From: an uncultured virus (IMG/VR IMGVR_UViG_3300036761_000818)
Lineage: Duplodnaviria > Heunggongvirae > Uroviricota > Caudoviricetes
IMG/VR virus record: IMGVR_UViG_3300036761_000818
Strand: one strand, 5' to 3'
Length of the DNA stretch: 64,000 bases
Below are positions 28,780-38,236 of this stretch, piece by piece (position 1 is the first letter of the stretch; the number at the start of each line of letters is the position of its first letter). The translations under genes were made by a program, and so were the position numbers. Below the pieces are notes generated by a model, which worked only from the letters and a program-made list of their open reading frames with translations, was not told the DNA's origin and did not search any database.

Positions 28780-29208
28780 ATGGCCGACACCTGGATTGCG
28801 TCCACCGACGAAGAGCGCTGGACGTGCTACGAGGAGTACGGGACGCGCGAGGAGGCGATCGAGCACGCTTCGGAAGAACTGGACCTCGAACCGGGGCAGA
28901 CGTTCTACACGGCGCGGAAGGTCGTGCAGAGAACCGACAACCTCGTCCGCTCCGGGCTCGCCGGGTTCTTCGCCGAGAAGCTCGCCGAGGATGTATGCGA
29001 GGACATCGATGAGGAGTTCTGCCCGGACTGGCTCAACATCAACGCGGAGGAGAAGAAGAAGCTCGCGGCACTCCTCTCCCGCGCGTTCGAGGACTTCATC
29101 GAGCAGCATCCGCGCCACAAGCCGACGTGGTTCATGCCGGAGAACGTGAAGGAGCACAACGCTCCCGAGCTTGCCAAGGCCGAGGAGGTTCCCCATGCCC
29201 AAGCGTAA
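28780..29208 (+). CDS. Phage hypothetical protein, 142 aa
   Basis: DEERW...YGTREEAI; GGAGG RBS. Confidence 0.7.
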   Translation: MADTWIASTDEERWTCYEEYGTREEAIEHASEELDLEPGQTFYTARKVVQRTDNLVRSGLAGFFAEKLAEDVCEDIDEEFCPDWLNINAEEKKKLAALLSRAFEDFIEQHPRHKPTWFMPENVKEHNAPELAKAEEVPHAQA

Positions 29209-29809
29209 GCACACCGGAGGGACGCGCGCCGAGCGGCTCATGGCCGCTTGGCTGGAACGCATCGGCTACGAGGTCGAGCGAAGGAAGGGGAAGACGGGGC
29301 TCTTCAAGATGCGCGACCGGAAGGGCTCCCTCGTCCGGGACAAGGCCGGGAACCCTCTGGTCGTCTCAACATCGCAGGATGTGTTTCGCTGCCTCGACAT
29401 CCTGGCGATGCGCGACGACAACCCGCCGAAGATCGTGCCCTGGAAGGCGCCGCTCCTCTTCCTCCAGATCACGACCGCGAACGAGCGCTTCGCCCGCAAG
29501 AAGAAGATCGAGTGGCACCGCTGGCCGTCGAGGCTCGTCGAGGCGGGGCTCCTCCTCATCGCCGTCGCGACGCACGAGACGACTCAGAATCCGACGGACC
29601 GGAGGAGTACACTCGATTTCTGGCGACTCGACGCCTATGCTCCGAGCGGTAAGGGCGGCGAGTGGGAGTGGCAGACGCCGATCTCCGTTGAGTTCTCGAT
29701 CAAGGAACTCGTTCGCAAGGAGACGACGGTCAGCGACGAAGAAGCTGCCGATATCGACCGGAAGGTGAAAGAGAAGCGAGCGAAGGCCAAGACGGAGGCG
29801 ACAGCATGA
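29195..29809 (+). CDS. PD-(D/E)XK Holliday-junction-resolvase-like nuclease
   Basis: GTRAERLMAAWLERIGYEV...DVFRCLDILA...FLQIT. Confidence 0.7.
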   Translation: MPKRKHTGGTRAERLMAAWLERIGYEVERRKGKTGLFKMRDRKGSLVRDKAGNPLVVSTSQDVFRCLDILAMRDDNPPKIVPWKAPLLFLQITTANERFARKKKIEWHRWPSRLVEAGLLLIAVATHETTQNPTDRRSTLDFWRLDAYAPSGKGGEWEWQTPISVEFSIKELVRKETTVSDEEAADIDRKVKEKRAKAKTEATA

Positions 29810-31470
29810 AGTCCGAGTTCCCCTCCCGGCCGTACCAGACGGCGGCGATGGAGAAGTGGATCGCCTCCATCGCCGCCGGGCTCACGCGCGGGCTCATCTC
29901 CCTCCCGACAGGCACGGGCAAGACGGTGCTCGGACTCATGTCCGCAGCAAAAATCGGGAGAACGCTCTGGATCGCACACCGCGACGAACTGATCGAACAG
30001 CCGATAGCGACAGCGCGAGCGCTGCTCGACTCGTGCGATATCGGCGTCGTCAAGGCCGATCGGAACGAGGTCCACGCTCGCGACATCGTGTTCGCGAGCA
30101 TCCAGACGATCAGCCGTAAGAACAGGCTGGAGGCGTTCATAGAGGCGGCGAAGAAGGGACCGCCCATCAAGCAGATCGTCGTCGATGAGGCTCACCACGC
30201 GGCGGCGGCGAGCTACCTCCGCGTCCTCGACCACGAGTATTTCATCGAAACCCCGACGCTCGGCCTCACGGCGACTCCAGAGCGCAGCGACGAGAAGGGG
30301 CTCGCGAAGGTGTGGGGCGCGAAGCCGCTCTACAAGCTCGGGCTGCACGAGGCGATCGAGCAAGGCTGGCTCGCCCCGTTCCAGGCGGCGCGCATCTACT
30401 GCAAGGGGCTCAACCTCGCTGGCGTTCCGACAGACGCAGAAGGCGACTACGACCTCACCGAACTGGACAAGGAGATGGTCCGGGCCAACGTCGCGCACGC
30501 CGTCGCAGAGTCGATCCGCGACATGCTTGAGGTGGAAAACCGCAAGACGATCGTGTTCACCGTCTCGGTGAACCAAGCGCAGCGCGTCACGACGCTGCTG
30601 AAAGGGCTTGGCGTATCGGCCGACTGCGTGTGGGGCGACATGGACTCGATCACCCGGAAGGGCGTCCTCCTCTCCCACAAGAAGGGCATCGTCAAGGTGC
30701 TCTGCAACTGCTCGCTCCTAACTGAAGGATACGACGACACTTCGATCTCGTGTGTCGTCATGGCCAGACCCACGAAAAGCCCGCCGTTCTACAGGCAGTG
30801 CGTCGGGAGGGGATTCCGCCTCCACCCCGGGAAGGCCGACTGCCTGATCCTCGATCTCGTCGGCGCCGACAACGCGCACGGCTCGATCACGGCTGACATG
30901 CTCGACGACGACGACAGCGACGACGCGATCGGCGCACCGAAGCCAAAGAAGCAGGACGCTCTCAGGCTCATCGGGTCGAAGGATGGCGAGTTCGGGCTCA
31001 TCAAGGGCTTCATCCGCGCCGCGACGTACGGGATTGAAGGCGTCGAGGGGAAGCGCCGGGCGCGCGTCCGCTGGCTGGAGGTCACGCCAGACGTGTTCGC
31101 TCTCTCGGCGGGCGACCACGGCGCGCTCCTCATGATCCGCGAGGGCGGTCCCGAGACGTGGCGCGGCTACAGGCTCCCAAAGGATGCATGGGGCGCCGAC
31201 GAGATCATCCCGATCATGCGCCGCCCCGCGCCGCAGGAGCTTTCGTGCGGCGTCATCGAGGATCGGGCTCGGAAGCTCGGCGTCTTCGGGCTCAACAACG
31301 AGGCGGCGCGCTGGCGCGACGGCGTGCCGAGCGACGACCAGCGGAAGATGTTCTCGCGGCTCTACCCGAGGAAGGAAGAGAAGGACATCCCCGACACGAA
31401 GGGAGAGCTTTCCGACGCGATCTCGACCGCGAAGCTGCGGAAGTTCTTCACGGTCGTAGGCTCGACATGA
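29806..31470 (+). CDS. SF2 DExH helicase, 554 aa
   Basis: PTGTGKT, VDEAHH, TATP, LTEGYD, QCVGRGFR. Confidence 0.93.
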   Translation: MKSEFPSRPYQTAAMEKWIASIAAGLTRGLISLPTGTGKTVLGLMSAAKIGRTLWIAHRDELIEQPIATARALLDSCDIGVVKADRNEVHARDIVFASIQTISRKNRLEAFIEAAKKGPPIKQIVVDEAHHAAAASYLRVLDHEYFIETPTLGLTATPERSDEKGLAKVWGAKPLYKLGLHEAIEQGWLAPFQAARIYCKGLNLAGVPTDAEGDYDLTELDKEMVRANVAHAVAESIRDMLEVENRKTIVFTVSVNQAQRVTTLLKGLGVSADCVWGDMDSITRKGVLLSHKKGIVKVLCNCSLLTEGYDDTSISCVVMARPTKSPPFYRQCVGRGFRLHPGKADCLILDLVGADNAHGSITADMLDDDDSDDAIGAPKPKKQDALRLIGSKDGEFGLIKGFIRAATYGIEGVEGKRRARVRWLEVTPDVFALSAGDHGALLMIREGGPETWRGYRLPKDAWGADEIIPIMRRPAPQELSCGVIEDRARKLGVFGLNNEAARWRDGVPSDDQRKMFSRLYPRKEEKDIPDTKGELSDAISTAKLRKFFTVVGST

Positions 31471-31691
31471 AGACGTGCCGAGGGTGGCGGTGCATCGAGT
31501 GCCAAACGATCGTCCTGGATCGCCGTCGTAAGCCGCCACCCTTCTGCCCCTTCTGCAAGGAGGAGTACAAGGGGCAGTTCGACGAGGAACCGCTGACGGT
31601 AGCGCGTCTCGACAAGCACGACTTCCCTCCGAAGATCGTCGAGAATCCAGGCCAACAGAAGCTCCCATTCCAAGAGCAAGGACTCTTCTGA
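31467..31691 (+). CDS. Zn-ribbon protein, 74 aa
   Basis: CIEC...CPFC; ends EQGLF. Confidence 0.65.
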   Translation: MKTCRGWRCIECQTIVLDRRRKPPPFCPFCKEEYKGQFDEEPLTVARLDKHDFPPKIVENPGQQKLPFQEQGLF

Positions 31692-32707
31692 TGTTCCTCA
31701 CCGACTTCCACAGAGAGTGCTTGAAGCTCGCGCGAGCAGACGACCGATGGATGTACGGAGAGGCCGACACTTGCGGCGTCTGCAAGCGCAACACGGCGTA
31801 CATCGGCCCGTCGGGAGAGGCGTGCTGCCCGTGGTGCTGGAACTGGAAGGGCGACGAGGAGGCCGAGCAGAAGCCGAAGCTCGACCCCACGCCGCTCCCC
31901 GTTCCAGACCTCGCACGGATGCAGTGCTTGAACTTGGCCCACTGCGGCTCGCTCGACGTGCCGAAGCTGGAGTGGAGATGGGCAGGAGGGAAGAAACGAA
32001 GAGCGATCACGCTCGGCGCGTTCTGCAAGGGATGCTCGCGTTGGATCAGATGGTGCGACCGAAGCGCGTTCGCGGTCTACGCGCCGCCGCTCCCGATCGA
32101 CACGAAGGGCTCGAAGGCCATGACCCTCTTCGGAGCCGAGGACGAAGCGGCGCCGCCGATGTCCGAGAAGGAGAGGCTCAACGCGCGCGACTCGTCGCTC
32201 GGGATCAAGACGCCGCGGTACACGCCGCCGCCGCCGCCGGAGGACGGCAAGCCCATCACGATCATGGAGCTATCCCGCCTCGAAGGAGAGCTATGGTACT
32301 CAGGAGGTCGGCTCTACCTGAACGAGAAGGCCGAGGTCTGCTGCACGCAAGCGTGGGGGCTCGTCAACCCACAGATCGTGAACGCGATCGTCGCGTGCGC
32401 GGCGAAGATCAGGGAGCAGATGGCGCAAGACATCGAGTGGCAGTTGAGCGCATCAATGTACACGCCGCACATCATCCGCTTCCACACCGAGAAGGCGGCG
32501 CTCCAGAAGGAGATGGTCGAGGCGTGGCGCGAGGCAGAGAAGGGAGGCTGGACGATGCAGAACTGGCAGAGCGGACAGCCGTGCGGGGATGCGGTCAAGT
32601 GCATCGTCTGCACACGGGCGACGAACTGCATCGACCAGCTTGGGAATCGGCGGCATCCATGGTGCAAGCTCGCTGATACTGTGACGAAATTGAGGTCGTT
32701 GTTCTAA
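31691..32707 (+). CDS. Multi-Zn-finger hypothetical protein, 338 aa
   Basis: Several CxxC pairs; TGATG overlap. Confidence 0.7.
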   Translation: MFLTDFHRECLKLARADDRWMYGEADTCGVCKRNTAYIGPSGEACCPWCWNWKGDEEAEQKPKLDPTPLPVPDLARMQCLNLAHCGSLDVPKLEWRWAGGKKRRAITLGAFCKGCSRWIRWCDRSAFAVYAPPLPIDTKGSKAMTLFGAEDEAAPPMSEKERLNARDSSLGIKTPRYTPPPPPEDGKPITIMELSRLEGELWYSGGRLYLNEKAEVCCTQAWGLVNPQIVNAIVACAAKIREQMAQDIEWQLSASMYTPHIIRFHTEKAALQKEMVEAWREAEKGGWTMQNWQSGQPCGDAVKCIVCTRATNCIDQLGNRRHPWCKLADTVTKLRSLF

Positions 32708-32763
32708 GTCCTTGATCCCGTAGATATGCTCCGTCGTCGATTCCACAAAATGGTTTGGGGGCA

Positions 32764-32792
32764 TTGACCTTCACGCGACCGCCGAGTAGAGT
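32764..32792 (+). promoter_or_regulatory. Sigma70-like promoter for the primase gene
   Basis: TTGACC-N17-TAGAGT. Confidence 0.6.
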
Positions 32793-32808
32793 GCGCGGTT
32801 GCCCGAAG

Positions 32809-32853
32809 TAAAAAAGAAGCGAGCCCCGGAGCGTTGAACGCGCTCCGGGGCTC
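32809..32853 (-). terminator. Intrinsic terminator on the minus strand
   Basis: 13-bp stem GAGCCCCGGAGCG/CGCTCCGGGGCTC followed on the minus strand by GCTTCTTTTTT. Confidence 0.65.
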
Positions 32854-32931
32854 ATATGCTCTCGCGGCGGGCGGCCCGAGCGCTGGAGAACAGAAACAGA
32901 GGCGTTACGAGTGCGTACTGAACTGTCCTCG
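32810..32931 (-). ncRNA. Candidate ~120-nt antisense RNA within the primase leader
   Basis: Minus-strand promoter TTGCGC-N16-TAGGAT (32965-32938) upstream and terminator downstream. Confidence 0.45.
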
Positions 32932-33118
32932 TCCCAAATCCTACCTCGGCTTGCGAAAAGCGCAAGCCCCTGGCACGCCGATTTCTTGATCGTCGGGCCA
33001 GAACTACTCAAACCACAACCAGACAATGACTTGAGTCGCAAGTGCGAGAGCGCGGCGCCGTTGGTTTCTCGCCGTCCTGTCCAGCGATCGGTCAGCGAGA
33101 ACCCGTAACGGAGGCTCT

Positions 33119-35938
33119 ATGCCCTTCGACGTTCGTCCCATCACGCCCGACCGCTGGAAGAACTACATCGGTCAGCCCAAGATCGATGAGTGCCGGGCGG
33201 CGAGAGCGAGTCGGACAGAGGCCAACCCACGACACCTCGCCAAGAACAAATGTCAGTGCTGGAGCGAGACGTGCGCCGAGTGCATGAAGCACGTCAAGTG
33301 CAAGGCGAACCGTCACCTGATGCGGATGGTGCTGGACGGCTACGACCAAGGCTTCATGCCGGTCGCCGTCCAGAAGGACAAGGTTCCGTTCGCGGGCTAC
33401 CTCTTCAGCGACCTCTACTACCGCGAGTTCAGGCTCACGCGCAAGGAAGTCGAGGGGCGGTTCGCCGCGCTCCTCATGCACAATCCAGGCCCCATCGGGT
33501 ACGCCATCCTCCTCGGCGACGCTTGCAACCTGTGCTGCATCGACTGCGACACGCCCGAGGCGTTCGCGGCGCTCAAGGCCGAGTACCCCGACTACAAGTG
33601 GTTCCAGGAGACGAGCCGCGGGAAGGGGCACTTCTTCTTCCGCGTGCCCGACGGAATCGACCCGCTCCACATCCGGCAGCGCATCAAGCAGACGATCACG
33701 CTCAAGAGCGGAGCCGTCGCTGATGGCGTGGACATCAAGTGCGGCGGCGGCTACGCCGTCGGACCCGGCTCGTGGCACGAGAAGGTCCAGGGGCCGTACA
33801 AGGCGCCGTTCTGGCCCTGGTGGGACCATCCGGTACTCGACCTTCCGATCGACGACCTCCTCGTCTCGCAGAAGGAATGGACGAACGCCGCCGAGAGCGT
33901 CTACGGAGCACAGGCGCCGAAGACGCTCCGGCAGATCATCGCCGAACACGGGACCATCAAGGAGAGGCGTCGGAAGGAGGACGCAGAGATCGCGAGCGGA
34001 GTGCGTCCGTCGCGCGAATCCCGCCTCCCCCGCATCGGCTCCGACGAGTACGAGAAGGGCTACGACCGCGCCAAGAAGTATATGGAGAAGGTGCCCGGCG
34101 CGTCCACGGGAAGCCGGAACAACGACTGCTATGTCCACAGTAACAAGCTCTTGTCCTACTTCGCGCTCGACCGCGCTCACACCGACGCGCTCGCGCTCAT
34201 CCTGGAGTGGGCGTCGCGCTGCTCGCCGCCGCTCTCCGACCGCGAGGCGACGGCCGTCTTCGAGAGCGCCCGCGAGCACGGCGGGCGCGACGACTACGGC
34301 GAGTGGGTCAACTGGAAGCCGAAGGCCGGGAACGGCGTCGAACTGAACATCCTCCCCGAGAGCGAGTACGCCGAGCACGACCGGAAGAAGGCCGCGGAGG
34401 AAGCTCAGAAGAAGGTCGATCAGGCCACGGCTGCACGAGCCGAGATCGACGCCGAGAACGAAGAGCGCAGCCGCAAGAAGGAAGAGGAAGAGGACGGCGA
34501 CGAGGACGAAGAGGAGGATGAGGAGGACGTACCGAGCTTCGTGACGGAAGACCTCGGCTCGCCACTCCCCGACGGCGAGGGCGCGGGTTGCGACTGCGGG
34601 CACGATCACGAGCCCGACCTCGACCTCGGCGACGTAGAGGAGCCAGCGCCAGCGGTTGCGCCAGCGGTTGCGCGCGGTAAGAACGAGAAGAAGGATGCGC
34701 AAAAAAAGTACGAATGGCCGCGGATAGACTTCACGACGGTCCGCTACATGCGGTCGTGGCTAATGAAGGACGCCACAAGACTTGCGATCGAGAGCGCGTA
34801 CACAACCGGCAAAGAGAGCGGAATATACACGCCGGAAGAACTTGAAAAACTACTCGCCAGGAGCAAGCGGGCTCGCCGGAACCTGAAGAAGCTCCTCGCG
34901 TGCCTCGACGGACGATGGAAGCACGAGCGCCACTGCCCTACTCACGGAGGCGTCTACAAGCGCAGGTACTACTGCCGCCTCGGCGCGCTCTGCCGATGGT
35001 GCTCCCAAAACGAGGCCGGGCTCGCGTCGCCGTGGTGCAAGGAGAAGTGGAAGGCAAGCCTCGGCGGGATCGTCACCTTCTTCTCGCTCGCGTTCAAGGA
35101 GCCGGGCGATGTCGCGACGCGCGCAGAGATCAAGGACAAGCGCGCGAAGATCGTGCATCTCCTCAAGCGCCGCACAGACCTCGCGCATCACTGGATCGAG
35201 TCGCAACGCGAGATCGTAGTCCTCGGCGACCCGGGGCTCCACGACGCGATCCGCGGCCTCTTCGCGAAGGACAAGAACCCGACGCTCGTCGGGAACCTCG
35301 AAGAGTTCTTCAACGGCGACATCAGGGTCCAGTTCATCCACATGGAAACCGAGAAGGCCATCGACAAGTTCTTCGAGGCATTCCAGGCTCCTTCCGTGAA
35401 GCTCTGGACGATGATGCGGAAGCTCGGGAAGTTCATCCAATCCCGCGACGCAGTGAACGCCAACAGGCTCATGCAGGAGATCGCCGACTTCCCCTTCGTG
35501 AGCGCGTACCACGAACAGCGCCACGCGGCGAACAAGGCGGGCCGCGAGTCGCTCAAGTACCCCAAGGCCAAAGAGATCGCAAACCTCGCTCTGGCGAGAG
35601 CCGCCGAGAAGAACCCCGACATCTTGAAGGTCGAGCCAGGGCGCTGCTGCGAGCGCGACAAGGTGTCAGGGATCATCTGCGGTAAGAAGCTCCCCAACGG
35701 TCACGCCTCGTACGCAGGGCGGCACGTCTACAAGTTTCCAGACGACGCCGACGCGCGCACCCTCTCAAGGTCGTTCGATGGCGTCGTCATGACGTGTACG
35801 GCGCTGCTCGGGAAGGGCGTCAAGCCCGACGCTCTCAGCACAGCGTACGAGAACTTCCTGAGCCCCACCATCAAGGGTGAGTCCCTCGTCTCCTTCGCTC
35901 CGAAGGGCGGCGAGGTCGAGTTCCACCCACGCCTCTGA
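33119..35938 (+). CDS. Bifunctional primase-polymerase plus PriCT, fused to a Cys-rich Rep-like C-terminal domain, 939 aa
   Basis: IDCD, ETSRGKGHFFF, DIKCGGGYAVGPGS; GSRNN...CSPPLSDRE; acidic linker; CPTH...CRLGALCRWC. Confidence 0.88.
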   Translation: MPFDVRPITPDRWKNYIGQPKIDECRAARASRTEANPRHLAKNKCQCWSETCAECMKHVKCKANRHLMRMVLDGYDQGFMPVAVQKDKVPFAGYLFSDLYYREFRLTRKEVEGRFAALLMHNPGPIGYAILLGDACNLCCIDCDTPEAFAALKAEYPDYKWFQETSRGKGHFFFRVPDGIDPLHIRQRIKQTITLKSGAVADGVDIKCGGGYAVGPGSWHEKVQGPYKAPFWPWWDHPVLDLPIDDLLVSQKEWTNAAESVYGAQAPKTLRQIIAEHGTIKERRRKEDAEIASGVRPSRESRLPRIGSDEYEKGYDRAKKYMEKVPGASTGSRNNDCYVHSNKLLSYFALDRAHTDALALILEWASRCSPPLSDREATAVFESAREHGGRDDYGEWVNWKPKAGNGVELNILPESEYAEHDRKKAAEEAQKKVDQATAARAEIDAENEERSRKKEEEEDGDEDEEEDEEDVPSFVTEDLGSPLPDGEGAGCDCGHDHEPDLDLGDVEEPAPAVAPAVARGKNEKKDAQKKYEWPRIDFTTVRYMRSWLMKDATRLAIESAYTTGKESGIYTPEELEKLLARSKRARRNLKKLLACLDGRWKHERHCPTHGGVYKRRYYCRLGALCRWCSQNEAGLASPWCKEKWKASLGGIVTFFSLAFKEPGDVATRAEIKDKRAKIVHLLKRRTDLAHHWIESQREIVVLGDPGLHDAIRGLFAKDKNPTLVGNLEEFFNGDIRVQFIHMETEKAIDKFFEAFQAPSVKLWTMMRKLGKFIQSRDAVNANRLMQEIADFPFVSAYHEQRHAANKAGRESLKYPKAKEIANLALARAAEKNPDILKVEPGRCCERDKVSGIICGKKLPNGHASYAGRHVYKFPDDADARTLSRSFDGVVMTCTALLGKGVKPDALSTAYENFLSPTIKGESLVSFAPKGGEVEFHPRL

Positions 35939-36050
35939 CGGTCCAAGCCGGGTAATGCCCGGAAGGGAGTCGGGACCACGGCGACGAGCCGGGGAGGGGG
36001 AGGGTCTGCCCCGCGCCAGCCCCCACCGCCCCCGATCGCCCTTGAAGACC

Positions 36051-36113
36051 GTTCTCGAAATCTGAGAACAACTTCATCGTCATCATGAGCGCATCTTATA
36101 GATGACGATGAAG
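36051..36113. repeat. Two adjacent inverted repeats after the primase gene (origin candidate)
   Basis: GTTCTC/GAGAAC and 13-bp CTTCATCGTCATC/GATGACGATGAAG. Confidence 0.6.
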
Positions 36114-36182
36114 ATGAACCATCGACGATGGCTACCTGGATGCGCGCGACGCGGCGACGCGGTAAAATGCAGGTCGAGGACA

Positions 36183-36374
36183 GTGAGCTACCGCGACCCC
36201 AACTCCTGTGCGATCTGCCGGAGCAATATGATTCCGCACGAGTCGCTCATCTGTAGGAATTGCCGGATGAAGGTCGGTAAGAGCCACGTCCTTGCGGTCA
36301 CAGGCTTCGCGCGCTCGCGGCGCACGAAGGCGACCGATCCGGGACCGCCCCCTCCAGCCAATCCACCGCCATGA
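36183..36374 (+). CDS. Small Zn-finger protein, 63 aa
   Basis: GAGGA RBS then GTG; CAIC...CRNC. Confidence 0.5.
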   Translation: MSYRDPNSCAICRSNMIPHESLICRNCRMKVGKSHVLAVTGFARSRRTKATDPGPPPPANPPP

Positions 36375-36381
36375 GAACTGG

Positions 36382-37230
36382 TCAGAACTGAGGGAGTCCT
36401 GGGCGGTCGTCCTTCCAGGCGTCGCGGAGGAGGTTCTCCAAGAGCCTGAAGTCCATGGCGATGGACTTCTTGTCGCGCTCGGCGACGGAGGGACGGAAGG
36501 CGGGCGATCGGTAGGGGTTCTGCCCGGCGCACGACTGGTTCCAGCGGAAGACGTGGTGCTGGCAGAGAGCGCTCGCAGGTGGGTCGCCTTCGTCGCACGC
36601 TGGATTCGTGCAGGACCGGACGAGGCATGTGCCTTCCTGGACGTGGCGCGTGCGGCGGGAAGCCTCATCGCGGTCGTCCGATGCTACGCTCTTAGCTTCC
36701 CGGAGGATGGCCGCGTCTGTCGCTCGGTCAAGCGCCTCCTGATGCTCTCGGACGATCCTCTCGCGTTCGGCACGGTCACGATAGGACTTCTCCTCGGCAG
36801 CTTGCTTCGCGATGCTCTCGGCGCGAAGAACGTCTCGACGACGGACCTCTTCGACGCGGAGGGCTTCGATGCCCTTGTTCCTCCAGTATTTCACGCGCTC
36901 TCTCGCGGCGATCTCGGTGCTCCTGCGAGCGTACATGGCGCGATAGTTCGAGTTCGCTCGCTCTCTATGTTTTCGCTTCTTGCCGCGCGAGGCGTAGTAG
37001 CAGACGGAGCAGAGCTTCGCCGTCGCCATCCTGTTGGCGCTCGACCCGCACTTGAGGCACCCTCGCTCCTTGAGCCGCTTTTTGCGTTCGTCGTTGGACC
37101 TCTTGGGATCGAACTTCCCCTCGGCGATGAGTTTCTTGCGGTAACAGGCGGGGCACGTCGAGGTCTTGACGAAGACCGTCTTGCGGAGGCTGCAAGACGT
37201 GCAAGTACCAGTTGATTTTGTCCATCCCAT
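36382..37230 (-). CDS. Cys-rich basic hypothetical protein, 282 aa
   Basis: Repeated CxxC pairs and coiled coil; TAGAAT 10 nt before the ATG suggests a near-leaderless transcript. Confidence 0.65.
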   Translation of the reverse strand: MGWTKSTGTCTSCSLRKTVFVKTSTCPACYRKKLIAEGKFDPKRSNDERKKRLKERGCLKCGSSANRMATAKLCSVCYYASRGKKRKHRERANSNYRAMYARRSTEIAARERVKYWRNKGIEALRVEEVRRRDVLRAESIAKQAAEEKSYRDRAERERIVREHQEALDRATDAAILREAKSVASDDRDEASRRTRHVQEGTCLVRSCTNPACDEGDPPASALCQHHVFRWNQSCAGQNPYRSPAFRPSVAERDKKSIAMDFRLLENLLRDAWKDDRPGLPQF

Positions 37231-37313
37231 GGCGTTGATGATTCTACATCAAGCGCGATCGTCGTGCGATAATTCACTTGTTTTTTCGCAAGCTACCTGC
37301 GACAATTACGTTC

Positions 37314-38084
37314 GTGAAATGCCACTGCGGAGGCGAGGCGGCTGCTGGCGGTCGATATCCAGATGGACTCTGCGTCGTCCACGCCGAGGCGTGGCTCGTA
37401 ACCTGCATCAAGCAGGGCAGGGAGCTATTGCCGGAGACGGTGCTCAACGCAATCAGGAAGCACGGCGACTCGTGCCAGTGCTTCACATGCTTCAACGCGA
37501 GGAGAGTGGGACTCATGCCAAACAGGACGTTGGAGGTCGCGATGGAACCCGCTGTCGCGCAGTCGTTGAGCGACGACGCGGCGCTGCGCTCACTACAGGA
37601 GGCGCTACGCGAGTCGCGCTCCGAAGTCGGCCGACTGGAGCAGCACATCCGAAGGATCGAGGACTCCGACACGGAGTCGGAGATTCGGCTCAAGGCGATG
37701 CTCAAGGCGCAGGAGCCGAAGGGACCGATGGATGCGCTGGCGAGGAAGATCGGCGCGCTCGTCGAGGAGAAGCACGAGAAGTACGGCAGGAGCTACGAGA
37801 AGACGCCCCTCATCATGAGGATTCTCTACCCCGAGGGGATTCAGGTCGATGCGTTCCCGAACGCGCTCGGCATCGTCAGGACGCTCGACAAGCTCTGTCG
37901 GATCGCGAGCGGGAACGACGGCGCGTACGGGGAGAGCGCGTGGGACGACGTGATGGGGTACGGCGCGCTCGGAGCGGCGCTCTCGAAGGGCCTCATCGGC
38001 GTCGAGAAGTTCCTCGCCGATGCAGGGATCAAGATCGGCGGCGGCGGGCACGAGGAGCGGTTCAGCGGAGCGCCGAAGCCGTGA
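37314..38084 (+). CDS. Protein with C-terminal DUF1599/nucleotide-modification-associated-like helical domain
   Basis: EEKHEKYG...RTLDKLCRI...ESAWDDVMGYG. Confidence 0.65.
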   Translation: MKCHCGGEAAAGGRYPDGLCVVHAEAWLVTCIKQGRELLPETVLNAIRKHGDSCQCFTCFNARRVGLMPNRTLEVAMEPAVAQSLSDDAALRSLQEALRESRSEVGRLEQHIRRIEDSDTESEIRLKAMLKAQEPKGPMDALARKIGALVEEKHEKYGRSYEKTPLIMRILYPEGIQVDAFPNALGIVRTLDKLCRIASGNDGAYGESAWDDVMGYGALGAALSKGLIGVEKFLADAGIKIGGGGHEERFSGAPKP

Positions 38085-38236
38085 ACTTCAAGCGCAAGCG
38101 GTGTAAGCGGTGCGTCAGGTGCAGCATGTGTACACCGCACAAGTGGAAGGGAAACAGCCGCGAGCGCTTGAAGCGAGGCGACATGCCGCGCGATGATATG
38201 CGTGGGCGGAAGGATGAAGATCATGGACGTTCTTGA
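38081..38236 (+). CDS. Small basic Cys protein, 51 aa
   Basis: GTGA overlap; CSMCTPHKWKGNS. Confidence 0.45.
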   Translation: MNFKRKRCKRCVRCSMCTPHKWKGNSRERLKRGDMPRDDMRGRKDEDHGRS

